This document shows, one piece after another, positions 62,863 to 64,000 of a DNA stretch of 64,000 bases (its first letter is position 1; every line of letters starts with the position of its first letter). Below the pieces are notes generated by a model. That model had not been told where the DNA came from, did not search any database, and saw only the letters and a program-made list of their open reading frames with translations. A program made the translations under genes and the position numbers. The DNA comes from Longimicrobiales bacterium (GTDB lineage: Bacteria > Gemmatimonadota > Gemmatimonadetes > Longimicrobiales > Gaopeijiaceae): the NCBI GenBank assembly GCA_965197725.1, contig CBDANQ010000054.1, positions 38,823 to 102,822 on the forward strand, written 5' to 3'.

Positions 62863-64000
62863 ACGAGCATCCCGGCGAACGCCGCCGTGAGCAGGGCCGC
62901 CAGCAGGCCGGCGAACATCGCCTTCACGCCCAGCCTTGCGAGGTCATGCCGCCGTTCCGGCGCGATCTCTCCGACGCCCGCGACCGTCATCGCCACAGAT
63001 CCGAAGTTGGCGAACGTCGCGAGTGCGTAGATGGCGATGATGAGCGACCGCTCGTCGAGCACCGCACCCGCGCCGAGCGCCGCCTCCAGTTGCACGAAAG
63101 CAACGAATTCGTTGAGCACGAAGTCCACTCCGATCATCTGACCCACCAGTCCGGCATCCGACCACGGCACGCCGAGTATCCACGCCACCGGGGCGAGCAG
63201 CGACCCGAGCATGCCCTCGATGTTGAGGCTCTCGAAGCCTACCAGTCCCCCCGCCCAGCCCACGACCCCGTTCGCCAACGCGATCAGCGCGACAAACGCG
63301 ATCAACATTGCAGCCACGACCAGCGCGAGCCGCAGCCCCTCGGCTGCCCCGCGCGCCGCCGCGCCGATCACGTTCACATCCGGCCTTTGTGGCTCGATGT
63401 CCAGGGTACCAGAAGTCGCAGGCTCCCCGGTCTCGGGAACCAGCAGCTTGGCCATCACGAACGCGGCAGGCGCCGACATGATCGAGGCGGCGATCAAGTG
63501 TCCCGCGGCTTCGGCCTGATACGGGAGCATTATGCCCGCGTACGCGGCGAGCACCCCTCCGCTGATGGTTGCCATTCCCGCGGTCATGATCGCCATGAGC
63601 TCCGACTCGGTCATCTTCGCGATGAACGGCTTGATGACGAGCGGAGACTCCATGAGGCCCACGAATATGTTCGACGCGGTACAAAGCGTTTCGGCGCCCG
63701 AGGTACGCATGGTCCGCTGCATCACCCACGCAACACCCCGTACCACCACTTGCATGATGCCGAGGTGGTAAAGCACCGTCATGAGGCACGCGACGAAGAT
63801 GATGTTCGGGAAGATGCGGAAAGCGAAGAATGCCCCGGTTCGTGCCACCGCACCCGGCGTCGCAATGAAGTTCTGGTTCGCGTCGAGGGTCCCTATGGGG
63901 ATGTTGTCCGAGACGAGGTTCCCAAAAATGAACCGCCCCCCCTGCTCCGCGTAGCCGAGCACCGCGCGCACAAGGCCGTTCATGCCTTCGAAGAAGATGG
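62859..64000 (-). CDS. NupC/CNT family nucleoside transporter (5' end outside window)
   Basis: NIFVGLMESP, GMATISG, ASIMSAPA, LNEFVAF, FANFGS. Confidence 0.92.
   Translation of the reverse strand, partial: IFFEGMNGLVRAVLGYAEQGGRFIFGNLVSDNIPIGTLDANQNFIATPGAVARTGAFFAFRIFPNIIFVACLMTVLYHLGIMQVVVRGVAWVMQRTMRTSGAETLCTASNIFVGLMESPLVIKPFIAKMTESELMAIMTAGMATISGGVLAAYAGIMLPYQAEAAGHLIAASIMSAPAAFVMAKLLVPETGEPATSGTLDIEPQRPDVNVIGAAARGAAEGLRLALVVAAMLIAFVALIALANGVVGWAGGLVGFESLNIEGMLGSLLAPVAWILGVPWSDAGLVGQMIGVDFVLNEFVAFVQLEAALGAGAVLDERSLIIAIYALATFANFGSVAMTVAGVGEIAPERRHDLARLGVKAMFAGLLAALLTAAFAGMLV

Overview
GC-rich bacterial chromosomal window of mostly housekeeping and accessory genes. The gene content is compatible with a Gemmatimonadota-like metagenome assembly, but that is inference only. 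It contains a SigK/RskA-type ECF pair with DUF4331, cysK, yajQ, a CDF metal exporter, oligopeptidase A, a three-gene type III polyketide synthase cluster, a YchF-like protein, an aminopeptidase P, a csoR-copZ-copA copper operon, pdxH, lactate permease, proBA, a SAM-I riboswitch controlling metX, pfkA, a hybrid sensor kinase, and a nupC-pfkB-groES-like-rsmF-like run. Two complete insertion sequences have visible terminal repeats and target duplications. The best hidden signal is an ArsM-like SAM methyltransferase (26246-27037). Its apparent stop is an in-frame TGA at a conserved-Cys position, followed by a SECIS-like hairpin and 59 more sense codons, so it is a likely selenoprotein. It also lacks the other arsenic-binding cysteines of ArsM. 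Other points are a hybrid kinase with a dead H-box and N-box, two unannotated small proteins behind metal exporters, two short tandem repeats, and many short gene stubs that suggest ongoing deletion. About ten genes carry single-base frameshifts, mostly at homopolymers, and these are probably sequencing errors. All family assignments come from motif recognition by eye, not from database searches.
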